DNA of 32,000 nt from Pyrobaculum aerophilum str. IM2 (GCF_000007225.1 NC_003364.1:1260001-1292000), one strand, 5' to 3'; counted from the stretch's first letter, positions 16,389 through 24,388 are shown. Made by a program: numbers and translations. Notes: generated from the letters alone by a model not told the origin.

Positions 16389-16873
16389 AGAACCTCCACC
16401 TCGCGATACGGCTCGCATAAAAGCCTCTCCGCTAAGGTACACCTCTCGCAGTTACATGTGACTTTTCCCCTTAGTATTAAGTCGATGAAGTAGGGGTCAA
16501 AGTAAGCGGCGTCTAATAAGAGGCCGGCAACCGCCTTATTCTTTAATTGCCTGAGCTCCTCTTTATTTTTTACATAATAAACCCCATGCCCCTTGTACTC
16601 ATGGCTGGGGAGTATTGGAATTACGTTTTTGCCGCGAATTAAAGCGCCCCATACGTATATTGTGAGGTCAGGCCGCAGTTCCCTAGCCAAGCTTATCCAC
16701 AGGCGTTTATCTGTCTTTAACACTATCCCTCTTGTGGCCCTTTTAAGCGCGCCGTGGAGACAGCGGAGGTCCTCACCGACTAGCGGGATAAGCTTGGGAT
16801 CCGTTACATCACATATGGGGACTACTTGGGGGAGGTCTACATTAAGTAGCTTGTCGCTGTATATAAATATCAC
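16385..16873 (-). CDS. Conserved-looking hypothetical protein, 162 aa, with a C-terminal Cys motif (CNCERC...C)
   Basis: It is translationally coupled on both sides: a GTGA overlap with the TBP stop at 16870-16873 and an ATGA overlap with the hjc start at 16385-16388. The C-terminal LLLDAAYF...(15 aa)...CNCERC loosely resembles the DLFDSAAY...CxCxxC zinc subdomain of tRNA-guanine transglycosylases. This similarity is weak and unverified. Confidence 0.55.
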   Translation of the reverse strand: MIFIYSDKLLNVDLPQVVPICDVTDPKLIPLVGEDLRCLHGALKRATRGIVLKTDKRLWISLARELRPDLTIYVWGALIRGKNVIPILPSHEYKGHGVYYVKNKEELRQLKNKAVAGLLLDAAYFDPYFIDLILRGKVTCNCERCTLAERLLCEPYREVEVL

Positions 16874-17469
16874 AATTCCTCTTCAAATTCCTCTAACTCC
16901 TCTCCGCCCTCCTCTACGTATAATACGCCCAGTTCTTTTAGCTGATTATAGAGCTTCTGCACGGCAGTGGCCACGTCTTTTTCCGATTTTGCCCCCGTAC
17001 ACACGATTTTCCCCGACCCAAAGATGAGAATGACCACCCGGGGCGAGGACATTCTGTATATGAGGCCTGGGAATTGCTCCGGCTCATACATGGCGTTTTC
17101 AAGCATTAACACGGCCTGTTCCAAGTCCACCTCCGCGTGGAGATTGCCGGAGGCTACTATGTTTTGTATCTGCACCTCGGGATCAAAAGGCACATCAGCG
17201 CCGTGATCCTTTAGTAGTTTCACCAAGGCCCTTACTGCGTTTTTCAAATCCTCCTCGTTCTTCGCCCCAGTGCAGACCATCTTCCCTGTACGGAAGATCA
17301 ACGCGGAAATTCTGGGCTTTGTGAGGCGTAAAATGAGGCCCGGGAACTGGTCGGGGTTGTACTCGGCCATTGTAAGCCTCTCGGCAAGTTGCTCCAAGTC
17401 AAGCTCTACTCCGAGATTTACAGTGGCCACTATATTCTCTATGCGGTAAGATGGCCCTTTTGAAGACAT
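16870..17469 (-). CDS. tbp: TATA-box binding protein
   Basis: It has two direct repeats (IENIVATVNLG...PGLILRL..PRISALIFRTGKMVCTGAK and IQNIVASGNL...PGLIYRM..PRVVILIFGSGKIVCTGAK) and an acidic C-terminal tail. Confidence 0.95.
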   Translation of the reverse strand: MSSKGPSYRIENIVATVNLGVELDLEQLAERLTMAEYNPDQFPGLILRLTKPRISALIFRTGKMVCTGAKNEEDLKNAVRALVKLLKDHGADVPFDPEVQIQNIVASGNLHAEVDLEQAVLMLENAMYEPEQFPGLIYRMSSPRVVILIFGSGKIVCTGAKSEKDVATAVQKLYNQLKELGVLYVEEGGEELEEFEEEL

Positions 17470-17487
17470 ATGAGAATTTATAAACCC

Positions 17488-17499
17488 ATATTTAAATAT
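17488..17499 (-). promoter_or_regulatory. TATA-like box of the tbp operon
   Basis: Minus-strand ATATTTAAATAT is centred about 25 nt upstream of ATG 17469, consistent with a leaderless transcript. Confidence 0.5.
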
Positions 17500-17563
17500 G
17501 CCTGAGCCGAAATATCGTTAATACGCGCTACACAAGGGCGCAGTATACTGGTCTATAGGCGCG

Positions 17564-19030
17564 CTAATACCTTTCTGAGAGCCTCAGCCAGAGTTCCGCC
17601 CGCCGCTCTTTACAAGCTAGATCCCGCAGGTCGTAACCGCCGACAGAGGCGTCGGCGTCTAGCGGAATACCCAACGCGTCTGCCCCCACGAGCTCTTGTA
17701 TTTTAATTCCACAATCGTTGTCCCCGCTCCACGGGATCTCCACTACCTTGCCCTCTTTTATCGCGGCTTTTGCTACCTCTATATCCTCGGCCTTGACAAC
17801 ACGCCCTTTTAACTCCTCCCACGCCCTCTTACGTAGGTTTTCCTCAACGGACTTCATAAGTTGTTTCACTGCGTCTACTAGTTCGTTTATACTCACCGCG
17901 TATTTCTCCAATGTATCCCTCCTCGCAATTACCGCCTGTCTCTTCTCCACATCTCTCTTACCGATTTCGACCCTGAGAGGTACGCCTTTTAACTCCCAGT
18001 AGTAAAACTTCCAGCCAGGCGTCTTGTCAGCGCGTTCGTCTACATAAACACGTATGCCTGCCTCATTAAGCCGATTAGCCGTCTCCCTTACTAACGGCAT
18101 TACTAACGGCGCCTCCTCCTCTCCGTAGTATATGGGGATCACCACCACTTGAATGGGGGCCAGTTTTGGGGGCAAAGTGGTGCCGCCGTCATCGCCATGG
18201 GTAATTAACATTGCTGCAATACTCCTTTCCGATATGCCGTATGAAGTCGTGTGTGCCAACTTCCTAGTCCCATCTGCGTCGAGATAAGTCACCTCGAAGA
18301 CCTTTGTGAAATTAGTGCCGAGGTAATGCACAGTGCCTATCTGTAACGACCTGCCGTCTGGGAGGATAGTGTCAAAGGCTATAGTGTACTCGGCGCCGGC
18401 GAATTTATCCCACTCAGGCCTCTTATTTATCAAATAGGCCAGGCACATCTCGTCGAAAATCCTTTTATAAATCTCCACGGCCTCTCTCACTTGTCTCTCG
18501 GCGTCTTCCTTGTCGGCGTGAACTGTGTGAGCCTCCTTAAACATGCTGATTTCGCGAAGTCTAATCATTGGGTGGGTCATTTTAGTCTCAGCTCTGAACA
18601 CGCTGACTATTTGATAAACCCTAAGAGGCAAGTCCTTATAGTCTTGTATCCACAGCTTCACCATGGGCATAATAGCCGTCTCGGAAGTCGGCCGTAGTAC
18701 TAGCCTCTCACCTGCCTCTCCGCCCTTAGAGACCCAGAACACCTCTTTTTCAAACCCCTTAATGTGTTGTGACTCCTTGCCGAAAAACTCGTAGGGTATA
18801 AACACGGGGAATAACACCTCTTCATGCCCCGTCTCGTCGTGAAATTTGCGAATTAAATTTTCAACATTGCGCCTAATCTTCATGCCGTATGGCCGCCATA
18901 CATACGCCCCTTTCACTGGGTATCTCACGTCGTAGAGCTCGGCCTCTCTCAACAGCCAGTGAAACCACTCTATTAAGTTGCTTTTCAATTTCTCGCGGCT
19001 ATGAGGCCTAGCTTCCCTAATGAGTTCCAT
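17564..19030 (-). CDS. proS: Prolyl-tRNA synthetase (archaeal/eukaryotic type)
   Basis: It has class II aaRS motifs (FRAE, GTVHYLG...), an anticodon-binding domain and a C-terminal zinc-type domain ending ...WLRLSERY. I prefer ATG 19028-19030 (MELIREA) over the track's TTG 19045. The minus-strand TTTTTAATTA box (19049-19058) is about 24 nt upstream of that ATG but only about 8 nt from the TTG. Confidence 0.95.
   Translation of the reverse strand: MELIREARPHSREKLKSNLIEWFHWLLREAELYDVRYPVKGAYVWRPYGMKIRRNVENLIRKFHDETGHEEVLFPVFIPYEFFGKESQHIKGFEKEVFWVSKGGEAGERLVLRPTSETAIMPMVKLWIQDYKDLPLRVYQIVSVFRAETKMTHPMIRLREISMFKEAHTVHADKEDAERQVREAVEIYKRIFDEMCLAYLINKRPEWDKFAGAEYTIAFDTILPDGRSLQIGTVHYLGTNFTKVFEVTYLDADGTRKLAHTTSYGISERSIAAMLITHGDDGGTTLPPKLAPIQVVVIPIYYGEEEAPLVMPLVRETANRLNEAGIRVYVDERADKTPGWKFYYWELKGVPLRVEIGKRDVEKRQAVIARRDTLEKYAVSINELVDAVKQLMKSVEENLRKRAWEELKGRVVKAEDIEVAKAAIKEGKVVEIPWSGDNDCGIKIQELVGADALGIPLDADASVGGYDLRDLACKERRAELWLRLSERY
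17616..17736 (-). repeat. Direct-repeat copy 1: functional proS 3' coding segment
   Basis: It aligns by hand with 23177-23291: about 100 of 115 aligned positions are identical, with one 6-nt gap. The longest exact runs are ccaacgcgtctgcccccacgagctc (25 nt) and tcgttgtccccgctccacggga (22 nt). Confidence 0.85.
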
Positions 19031-19512
19031 AAAGCCTTTTAACAACAGTAATTAAAAACTTCACAGACAACTCAGCCATAACCGCATCAAGGCAGTTAAA
19101 GGCTCCATGAGCGAGGCGCCCTTAAGACATGCCGGATGCGCAAATGCCTCTGGCAACGGCGCTTTTTACACGTCGCCTTCAGTCAAAGCGACACGCCCTT
19201 ATCTCCGGTTGAGGAGGCCCTACAGCTTTATGAAAAGTCTGCCACACATGGAACAGTCTGTACGGCTCCCCCGCCCCGACTCTTAAATATCGCACGATGC
19301 GCAATGTTGTAAGCGAGGCTTATTGTATATAACCTCGCCATACTGATTTATGCGCCCACTATTACTACGGAGCATTAGATTGAGATCGGCGTAGTAAAGA
19401 TTCCCGCCGTAATACAAAATGAGGCGATACCCCCAGGGACAACTTTAAACGTGGTGACGTTGTATATTCCAATAGCCTACACCGCAAATTGGCGTTAAAC
19501 GCAGGCTGTCCT

Positions 19513-20277
19513 TTAGCCTCGTCTTGCAGATATAATCCACCCAGTGTGAGTTACGTCGAAAGTCTCCGGCCTTAGCTCGCCAAGTATGCTTTTCCACCGC
19601 CTCACGAGAACTTCTTCTATTGATATATTGACATAGCCCCGTTTTTTTAAAGCCTCTACGCTCTTAGCCATGTGCTCTACAGTGGTAGAGAAGATCACCA
19701 CAGATCCGCCCGGCCGCAAGATTTCGTAGACGTGCTCCAAGGCTTTCCACGGTTCTCCCATATCTAATACCACGGCATCTACCCGCAAGGCGCCAAAGCC
19801 AGATTTAACTACGTCTCTAATTTGCAACTCGACATAATTCAGTAAGCCGACTGCCTCAAGATTGCGCACGGCTGTTTTCATGTGTTCAGTTCTGTTATCA
19901 AAACTGTATACAACGCCCCAAGGCTTCACGTACCACGCCAACACTGCAGTTAAGAAGCCAGAGCCAGTCCCAGCCTCGGCGACTACAGATCCCGGCCCTA
20001 TGCCTGCCGCCTTGACTATATGCACGGCGTCTTTTGGATATATGGCCTGGGCGCTTAGCTTAAATCGGTGCTCTATAACGTCAAATATAGACGCCGGCAA
20101 GGCCTTGAATTTAACCCCCAGCGAGGAGGTTATCACGGCGCCGTGAGGCGCCCCGGCTAGGGCGTCTGTGTCGATAAAACCCCTAATGGTCTGCGCCTTC
20201 CCGCTACCCACTCTCACCACAGTTTTATAAGCCCTTCCCTCCTCTAAAAGCAACGCCCAATCCCCTTTTTTAAACAC
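19513..20277 (-). CDS. trmI: tRNA (adenine-N1)-methyltransferase TrmI (Gcd14 family)
   Basis: The N-terminal domain reads FKKGDWALLL...G.I.H. YPKD and the SAM motif AEAGTGSGFLT are present, and LDMGEPW fits the family. Confidence 0.85.
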   Translation of the reverse strand: MFKKGDWALLLEEGRAYKTVVRVGSGKAQTIRGFIDTDALAGAPHGAVITSSLGVKFKALPASIFDVIEHRFKLSAQAIYPKDAVHIVKAAGIGPGSVVAEAGTGSGFLTAVLAWYVKPWGVVYSFDNRTEHMKTAVRNLEAVGLLNYVELQIRDVVKSGFGALRVDAVVLDMGEPWKALEHVYEILRPGGSVVIFSTTVEHMAKSVEALKKRGYVNISIEEVLVRRWKSILGELRPETFDVTHTGWIISARRG

Positions 20278-20299
20278 AGAAAAAGGCTTGTCTCGCTTA

Positions 20300-20785
20300 T
20301 TAAAATCTGATTAAATACCACTTATTAAAGTATTTTACTACTGCGTCGAGATCCCTTGCGCCTCTGCCAGAGGCGGCGCGGTAGCTGGTTAATAACACCT
20401 CGCCCTCTTCATATCCGGCTGCTGAGGCAGAGACCGCCAGGGGGATAACAACTTCACGCGCCACTTTAAAGAGCGGCTCGCGGCCCCAGCGCCTCAGCGC
20501 TGTACAAAGCTCGTAGAGCTCTGGCAGTGTGCCGTTTAAAATTTCGCACTTAGGCACGCCGCTAAGCCTCATGCCTAACATAGAGTTGAGCCTTACCTCT
20601 GGGTCATCTCCCCCCAGCTTGGCGGCTAAAAAGGAGAGCACCTCAGGGGAGACGACCCGGGACACACGCCTTTTTAACAGGCTACAGGGAGGGACAATAG
20701 TGGTGCCCACCACAGCTAAATAAGCGAACTCAGCCGCTAAACCCCATAAGATCCGCTTGACTTTAATATCGAGAGCCGAGAGCAC
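20300..20785 (-). CDS. Hypothetical protein, 161 aa
   Basis: ORF-track entry on the same strand, 22 nt downstream of trmI. No motif recognised. Confidence 0.45.
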   Translation of the reverse strand: MLSALDIKVKRILWGLAAEFAYLAVVGTTIVPPCSLLKRRVSRVVSPEVLSFLAAKLGGDDPEVRLNSMLGMRLSGVPKCEILNGTLPELYELCTALRRWGREPLFKVAREVVIPLAVSASAAGYEEGEVLLTSYRAASGRGARDLDAVVKYFNKWYLIRF

Positions 20786-21147
20786 GATTAGCTACGGAGT
20801 ATTGAATATAAAGCCCGTGCGTAATGCTGTAGGCGTAAACGCCTAGATAATGCGTCATTGTTACCCGTCGTCTCTCATAAGCTCGGCCTTCCGCCATGAA
20901 GTGAAACACGGCATCGCTACCTCACAGTCGCAATTCCGTCTCAACTGTCACTCTCCACTTGCGATTCCGCAACCAACAGTCACGAGGTTTTAACCTAAAA
21001 GACGCCTCGCTGGGCGCATGATATGTCCCGCGTTTGCCAAGATAGTAATAACAATTCAGTAAACGGAAAGGCATCAATCACGTCAATCGTCACAGCGTCT
21101 GTATTAAGAAGGCGAAAAGCCGCCAGCTTGAAGTTGTGGATGAAAAA

Positions 21148-21155
21148 TTTAAATA
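21148..21155 (+). promoter_or_regulatory. TATA-like box of the eS26 gene
   Basis: TTTAAATA is centred about 24 nt upstream of GTG 21175. Confidence 0.5.
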
Positions 21156-21174
21156 TTGTTCCGTTAAGCACGAC

Positions 21175-21471
21175 GTGCCGAAAAAGAGGAAGAATAGAGG
21201 CAGGAAGAAGGGAGACAAGGGGCGAGAACCGTATTTACACTGTGACAATTGTGGCAAGATAATGCCAAGATCTAAAGCTGTGAGAGTGACCGTGCCCTAC
21301 TCGCCAGTACCGCCGGACTTAGCCCGTGAGTTGGAAAAACAAGGGGCTATAATATCCCGCTACTTAGTAACTAAAACATACTGTATAAACTGCGCGGTGT
21401 TTTTTGGCATAATTAAGGTGAGATCGAGAGAGGAGAGGAAAAAGAAGATACCGCTTCAGCAGGTTGTTTGA
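21175..21471 (+). CDS. rps26e: Ribosomal protein eS26
   Basis: The sequence (V/M)PKKRKNRGRKKGDKGRE..LHCDNCGKIMPRSKAV...YCINCAVFFGIIKVRSREERKK shows the S26e signature and zinc-ribbon Cys pairs. I start it at GTG 21175, in frame with but downstream of the track's 21136 start, based on the family N-terminus and the TATA spacing. Confidence 0.85.
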   Translation: MPKKRKNRGRKKGDKGREPYLHCDNCGKIMPRSKAVRVTVPYSPVPPDLARELEKQGAIISRYLVTKTYCINCAVFFGIIKVRSREERKKKIPLQQVV

Positions 21472-21735
21472 GCTTAGGGGTCGCTCCTCTCTAATGCACA
21501 GACTATTTACTGGGAGACAACCCTCTTCTCTTCGCTTGTGATACAGCCTTATATTTACCGGCCTTAGCATCGTAAGGTAACACACAGCGGAAATAATGGC
21601 CTTTAACCCTAGCCTAAGCCTCCCTTCCTCTAAAGACCCTCTCCCTCAGACAGCCAGCTGTGACACCAAGCCTCCGCGGCAAAGGCCTTAGACAATGGCG
21701 CTTGCTCGCGCCCCCTTCTTAAGGCGTTTTTAAAG

Positions 21736-23181
21736 ATGCAAAAATACGTGGAGGAGGCGCTGAAATGTATCGCCGTGGTGTAGGGGGCAGTCAAGCCGGC
21801 TGTCATTGCCGCCGCCGGCGCTATTGGCGCTCTTGCAGTACGCGATGGGCTGTATTAAGCCGCGGTAGTGTCAGCGACAGCCATTGCGTTAGCGAAAGAA
21901 GGCGCCTTTGAAAAGGCAGTAGAGTACGTCAAAAGGGTCGGAGAGGCAGCATATGAGGCGGCTCGCGAAATATTCGAAAAGGCGAGAATAACGTTGCAGA
22001 GGCTTTACGAGCTGTTTGTTGAGGCGGTGGCGAGGGCGTTGGACTACGTAAGAGCGCATTGGCTCATAATGGCGGCGGCCGGGCTGATGGCGTGGGTAGT
22101 GGCGCAACAACTGGACTACACGCTTTGGCAGAACCACGTAGCGCTTAACGCCGGGGCGATAGCGGGACTGGCAAAGGCGGCTGGCGTTGGCGATAAGTGG
22201 AAGGAGGTGAGGGATGCGGTATTGACAAAAACAGCAAGCGAAAAAGAGATTGTAGAGCGCATAGCCCAGCTGGGCCTCGACAAAGGCGTTTTGGAGATGG
22301 CCCTTAGCGCGTTCTCAATGCTAAGACACACAGTGGCTAAGGAGCAAAATAGAAAATGCAGTGTTAGAGTTAAGGCGTCTGGCGAGCTACGTGCAGGAAA
22401 TGAAAGCCGCCAAATACAAAAAGGCCCTTGAGGAGGCCTCAAAGGCGTGGTACGAGCAAAGAGACCCCACAGCGCTTTGGGCGCTGAGAGAGCTCGGCTT
22501 TAAACCAAGCACAGTGTACCAGAGTGGAAATGAGGATATCATTATCTTTAAAGGCGACGTGCTGAACAATCTGTTGAAAGCGCTGATCCCTGCGTTTCCA
22601 AAACTCTACGAGCTGAGGGATGCCCTGGCCGAATTCGCAGGCGCGTTTAAAGTCGTCACTAACGAGGTGGTTAGGGCGAACTTCAACATGGAGTGGGCAT
22701 ATATCGCAATGGCAGAGGGGTACCTTTCGAACGTCGTTACCGTGGAGGGGACGCTGGATACAAGCGGAAGTCTTCCTAAGACTGTTATTCGCTTCAGGAT
22801 TGGATAGGTGATGGCCCACATGAACATGTACTGGACTGGCGGAGTGCGGGCTCGCCGGTTCTCGCAAAGAGGCCGAACGGTTAGCCTCCATCATTAGGGC
22901 ACTTGGCGGCGAGACGAAGACCAAACAAAAGGGAACTGGATGAGTAGTTCAGCTCAATACTGACGGCATCACGGCAATTCGCCACGACAAGTGGCTTAAC
23001 GCGGTGAGGGGCTTCGTAGAGGAGTTATATAAAAACGGCGAAATATGACAAATTAGTGAGAGAAATAAAGGTCGGTCCCAACGTTGTTAAATTCGCCGGA
23101 GAGGGGAGGCCACAGGGCCAACGGAGGCAAGATCGAAAACAATATGATTATTTAACATCATCAACACTCCCTACTAGCTAG
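21736..23181 (+). pseudogene. Heavily decayed helical-protein gene with at least six lesions, possibly a Pyrobaculum paralogous-repeat (PaREP-like) family member (family unverified)
   Basis: Hand translation gives the following path. Frame 1 runs from ATG 21736 and carries in-frame TAG 21781 and TAA 21856, then ORF 21868-22431. It shifts to frame 2 within 22325-22431 (ORF 22361-22807). After TAG 22805, protein-like sequence resumes in frame 3 (AGSRKEAERLASIIRALGGETK). In-frame TGA 22941 is followed by VVQLNTDGITAIRHDKWLNAVRGFVEELYKNGEI, then a shift to frame 1 near 23045 (DKLVREIKVGPNVVKFAGEG). The 3' boundary is uncertain. Confidence 0.6.
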
Positions 23182-23291
23182 ATCCCGCGGATCGTATCCG
23201 CCAAAAGAGACGCCTAGCGGAATTCCCAACGCGTCTGCCCCCACGAGCTCATATACCCTAATTCCGCAGTCGTTGTCCCCGCTCCACGGGA
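23177..23291 (-). repeat. Direct-repeat copy 2: orphan, diverged fragment of the proS 3' end
   Basis: It encodes [39 protein letters not shown], compared with pro[42 protein letters not shown]. It has the same orientation as proS. No proS-like sequence flanks it on either side. Confidence 0.85.
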
Positions 23292-23770
23292 CTCCTAGCT
23301 TCCTGATAAAAAGCGATATTGCCTGTCCCTGGTCTATAAGCGCTGAGGAGCTCGTGAAAAATCGCTTTGACGTACTAGTAGACTTTGTTATAGAATCCAT
23401 TACAGGAGGCGTCCGCGAGGTTTACGTTATGTTATGTGATGGCTCTACATATTTAATTACTTCACTGCCCTCACAACGGGCCCGCGCCGTGGCCCGTTGG
23501 TTGCTCTCAAGACAGCCGTTTAAGACTAGTTTACAAGCTATTATAGCAAAATACAGGAGCGTGTATTATCTACACGAACGCGGCAGAGACATATCTGAGG
23601 CGAGGCTGGACGGCAACGGGCTTTACATATTTGGAGACCACGACGGGCTCAGCCGCGAAGACGAAGAGCTATTGGCTAAACATGCCGAGTGGATATCGCT
23701 GGGATCTACGCCATATATGTCCTGGCATGCGGCGGCTTATCTGGCGTATCTGCTCAAAAGACAAGTTTAA
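23273..23770 (+). CDS. TrmY-like SPOUT methyltransferase (COG1901/DUF358, tRNA pseudouridine-N1-methyltransferase family)
   Basis: The blocks FLIKSD...RFDVLVDFVIESI, VYYLHERGRDI, LYIFGDHDGLSREDEELL and ISLGSTPYMSWHAAAYLAYLL parallel my recollection of the M. jannaschii TrmY blocks (IYYLHMNGEDV, VFIIGDHIGIGEEDERFL, ISLSPLELHANHCITIIHNVL). The only start codon is TTG 23273, which lies inside the proS-fragment repeat. Confidence 0.7.
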   Translation: MSPLHGTPSFLIKSDIACPWSISAEELVKNRFDVLVDFVIESITGGVREVYVMLCDGSTYLITSLPSQRARAVARWLLSRQPFKTSLQAIIAKYRSVYYLHERGRDISEARLDGNGLYIFGDHDGLSREDEELLAKHAEWISLGSTPYMSWHAAAYLAYLLKRQV

Positions 23771-23806
23771 TATAGGGGTTCCCCATACGCTCTGGTTTTA
23801 GAGCGC

Positions 23807-24349
23807 TTGAGAAAGAGATTAAATTTCGACGCAGTTGGCAGACATATTCCGATAAACCCCAACGCCTTGACTCTCCTGTCGGCCCTACTGGCCTGGATAG
23901 GCGTTCCGCTGGTGTGGATTTTCAACACGCCGCCGTGGCTCCTCATAGCAATATCAGGCGCTCTAGACGTCATAGATGGCGCGGTGGCCCGCGGCAGGGG
24001 GCTCGCCTCGAGGGGAGGCGCTTTTATTGACTCCTTCCTAGATAGGTATTCAGATGCCGCATATTTACTCTATTTCTGGAACTACGTAGATCCCTTGGCC
24101 ATATTTCTCGCGCTGGTGGGCACTTTCGCTATAAGCTACGCGCGATGCAGAGGGGAATCCTTGGGAGTAGAAGTTCGGGGAGTGGGCTTCATGGAACGGG
24201 GGGAGAGACTACTTTTCCTCTTAGCCATTTCGCTAATCATAGGAACTCAATACGCAACCCCGCTCTTTTACCTGTACACAATTCTTGTTAACTCAGCCGC
24301 CGCGTATAGAGGCTATGTAGTTTATAGAAGACTTACGCCGAACAAGTGA
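23807..24349 (+). CDS. CDP-alcohol phosphatidyltransferase family membrane protein (archaeal polar-lipid headgroup synthase)
   Basis: The motif DVIDGAVARGRGLASRGGAFIDSFLDRYSD matches D-x2-D-G-x2-A-R...G-x3-D-x3-D. There are multiple TM segments. The start codon is TTG. Confidence 0.85.
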   Translation: MRKRLNFDAVGRHIPINPNALTLLSALLAWIGVPLVWIFNTPPWLLIAISGALDVIDGAVARGRGLASRGGAFIDSFLDRYSDAAYLLYFWNYVDPLAIFLALVGTFAISYARCRGESLGVEVRGVGFMERGERLLFLLAISLIIGTQYATPLFYLYTILVNSAAAYRGYVVYRRLTPNK

Positions 24350-24388
24350 GGGAGGGTGTAGGAGAAATATTAATATAGAGGACTTGGG

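Noticed and set aside
13239-17027. Plus-strand ORFs 13239-13688, 13997-14266, 14372-14713, 15297-15710, 15571-15789, 16075-16461 and 16593-17027
   Set aside because: All are antisense to well-supported minus-strand genes (aldolase, GGR, MBL hydrolase, hjc, ORF162 and tbp).
19107-19286. 59-aa plus-strand ORF in the proS-trmI gap (MSEAPLRHAGCANASGNG...)
   Set aside because: Its translation is basic and low-complexity. It lies on the opposite strand to all its neighbours and has no promoter-like box at the right distance.
19361-20806. Shared motif ATTA(n)CTACGGAG(y)ATT in both ORF-free gaps (19361-19376 and 20787-20803) as a repeat family
   Set aside because: Only an exact 8-mer plus a few flanking matches are shared. 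One chance recurrence of an 8-mer is expected in 32 kb on two strands.
3913-22807. Amber (TAG) codon reassignment or pyrrolysine-type recoding as the explanation for the in-frame TAGs
   Set aside because: Several conserved genes end at TAG exactly where their families end: the MoaD-like GG terminus, queD, ribK and the proS SERY terminus. No pyl-like genes are visible. Local decay is more parsimonious.
22116-22924. Minus-strand ORFs 22116-22442, 22387-22569, 22439-22924 and 22606-22827, and plus-strand 22620-22811
   Set aside because: They overlap the decayed plus-strand gene, whose translation is far more protein-like. I treat them as shadows.
17616-23291. The proS-fragment direct repeats as attL/attR of an integrated element
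   Set aside because: The orphan fragment lies upstream of the intact gene rather than beyond its 3' end. No integrase or other element genes lie between the repeats, and the bracketed genes are core housekeeping genes.
23161-23400. ORF-track entry of 79 aa on the minus strand as a real gene
   Set aside because: Its C-terminal half is simply the orphan proS fragment. Its N-terminal half is antisense to the TrmY-like gene. It is a chimeric chance ORF.
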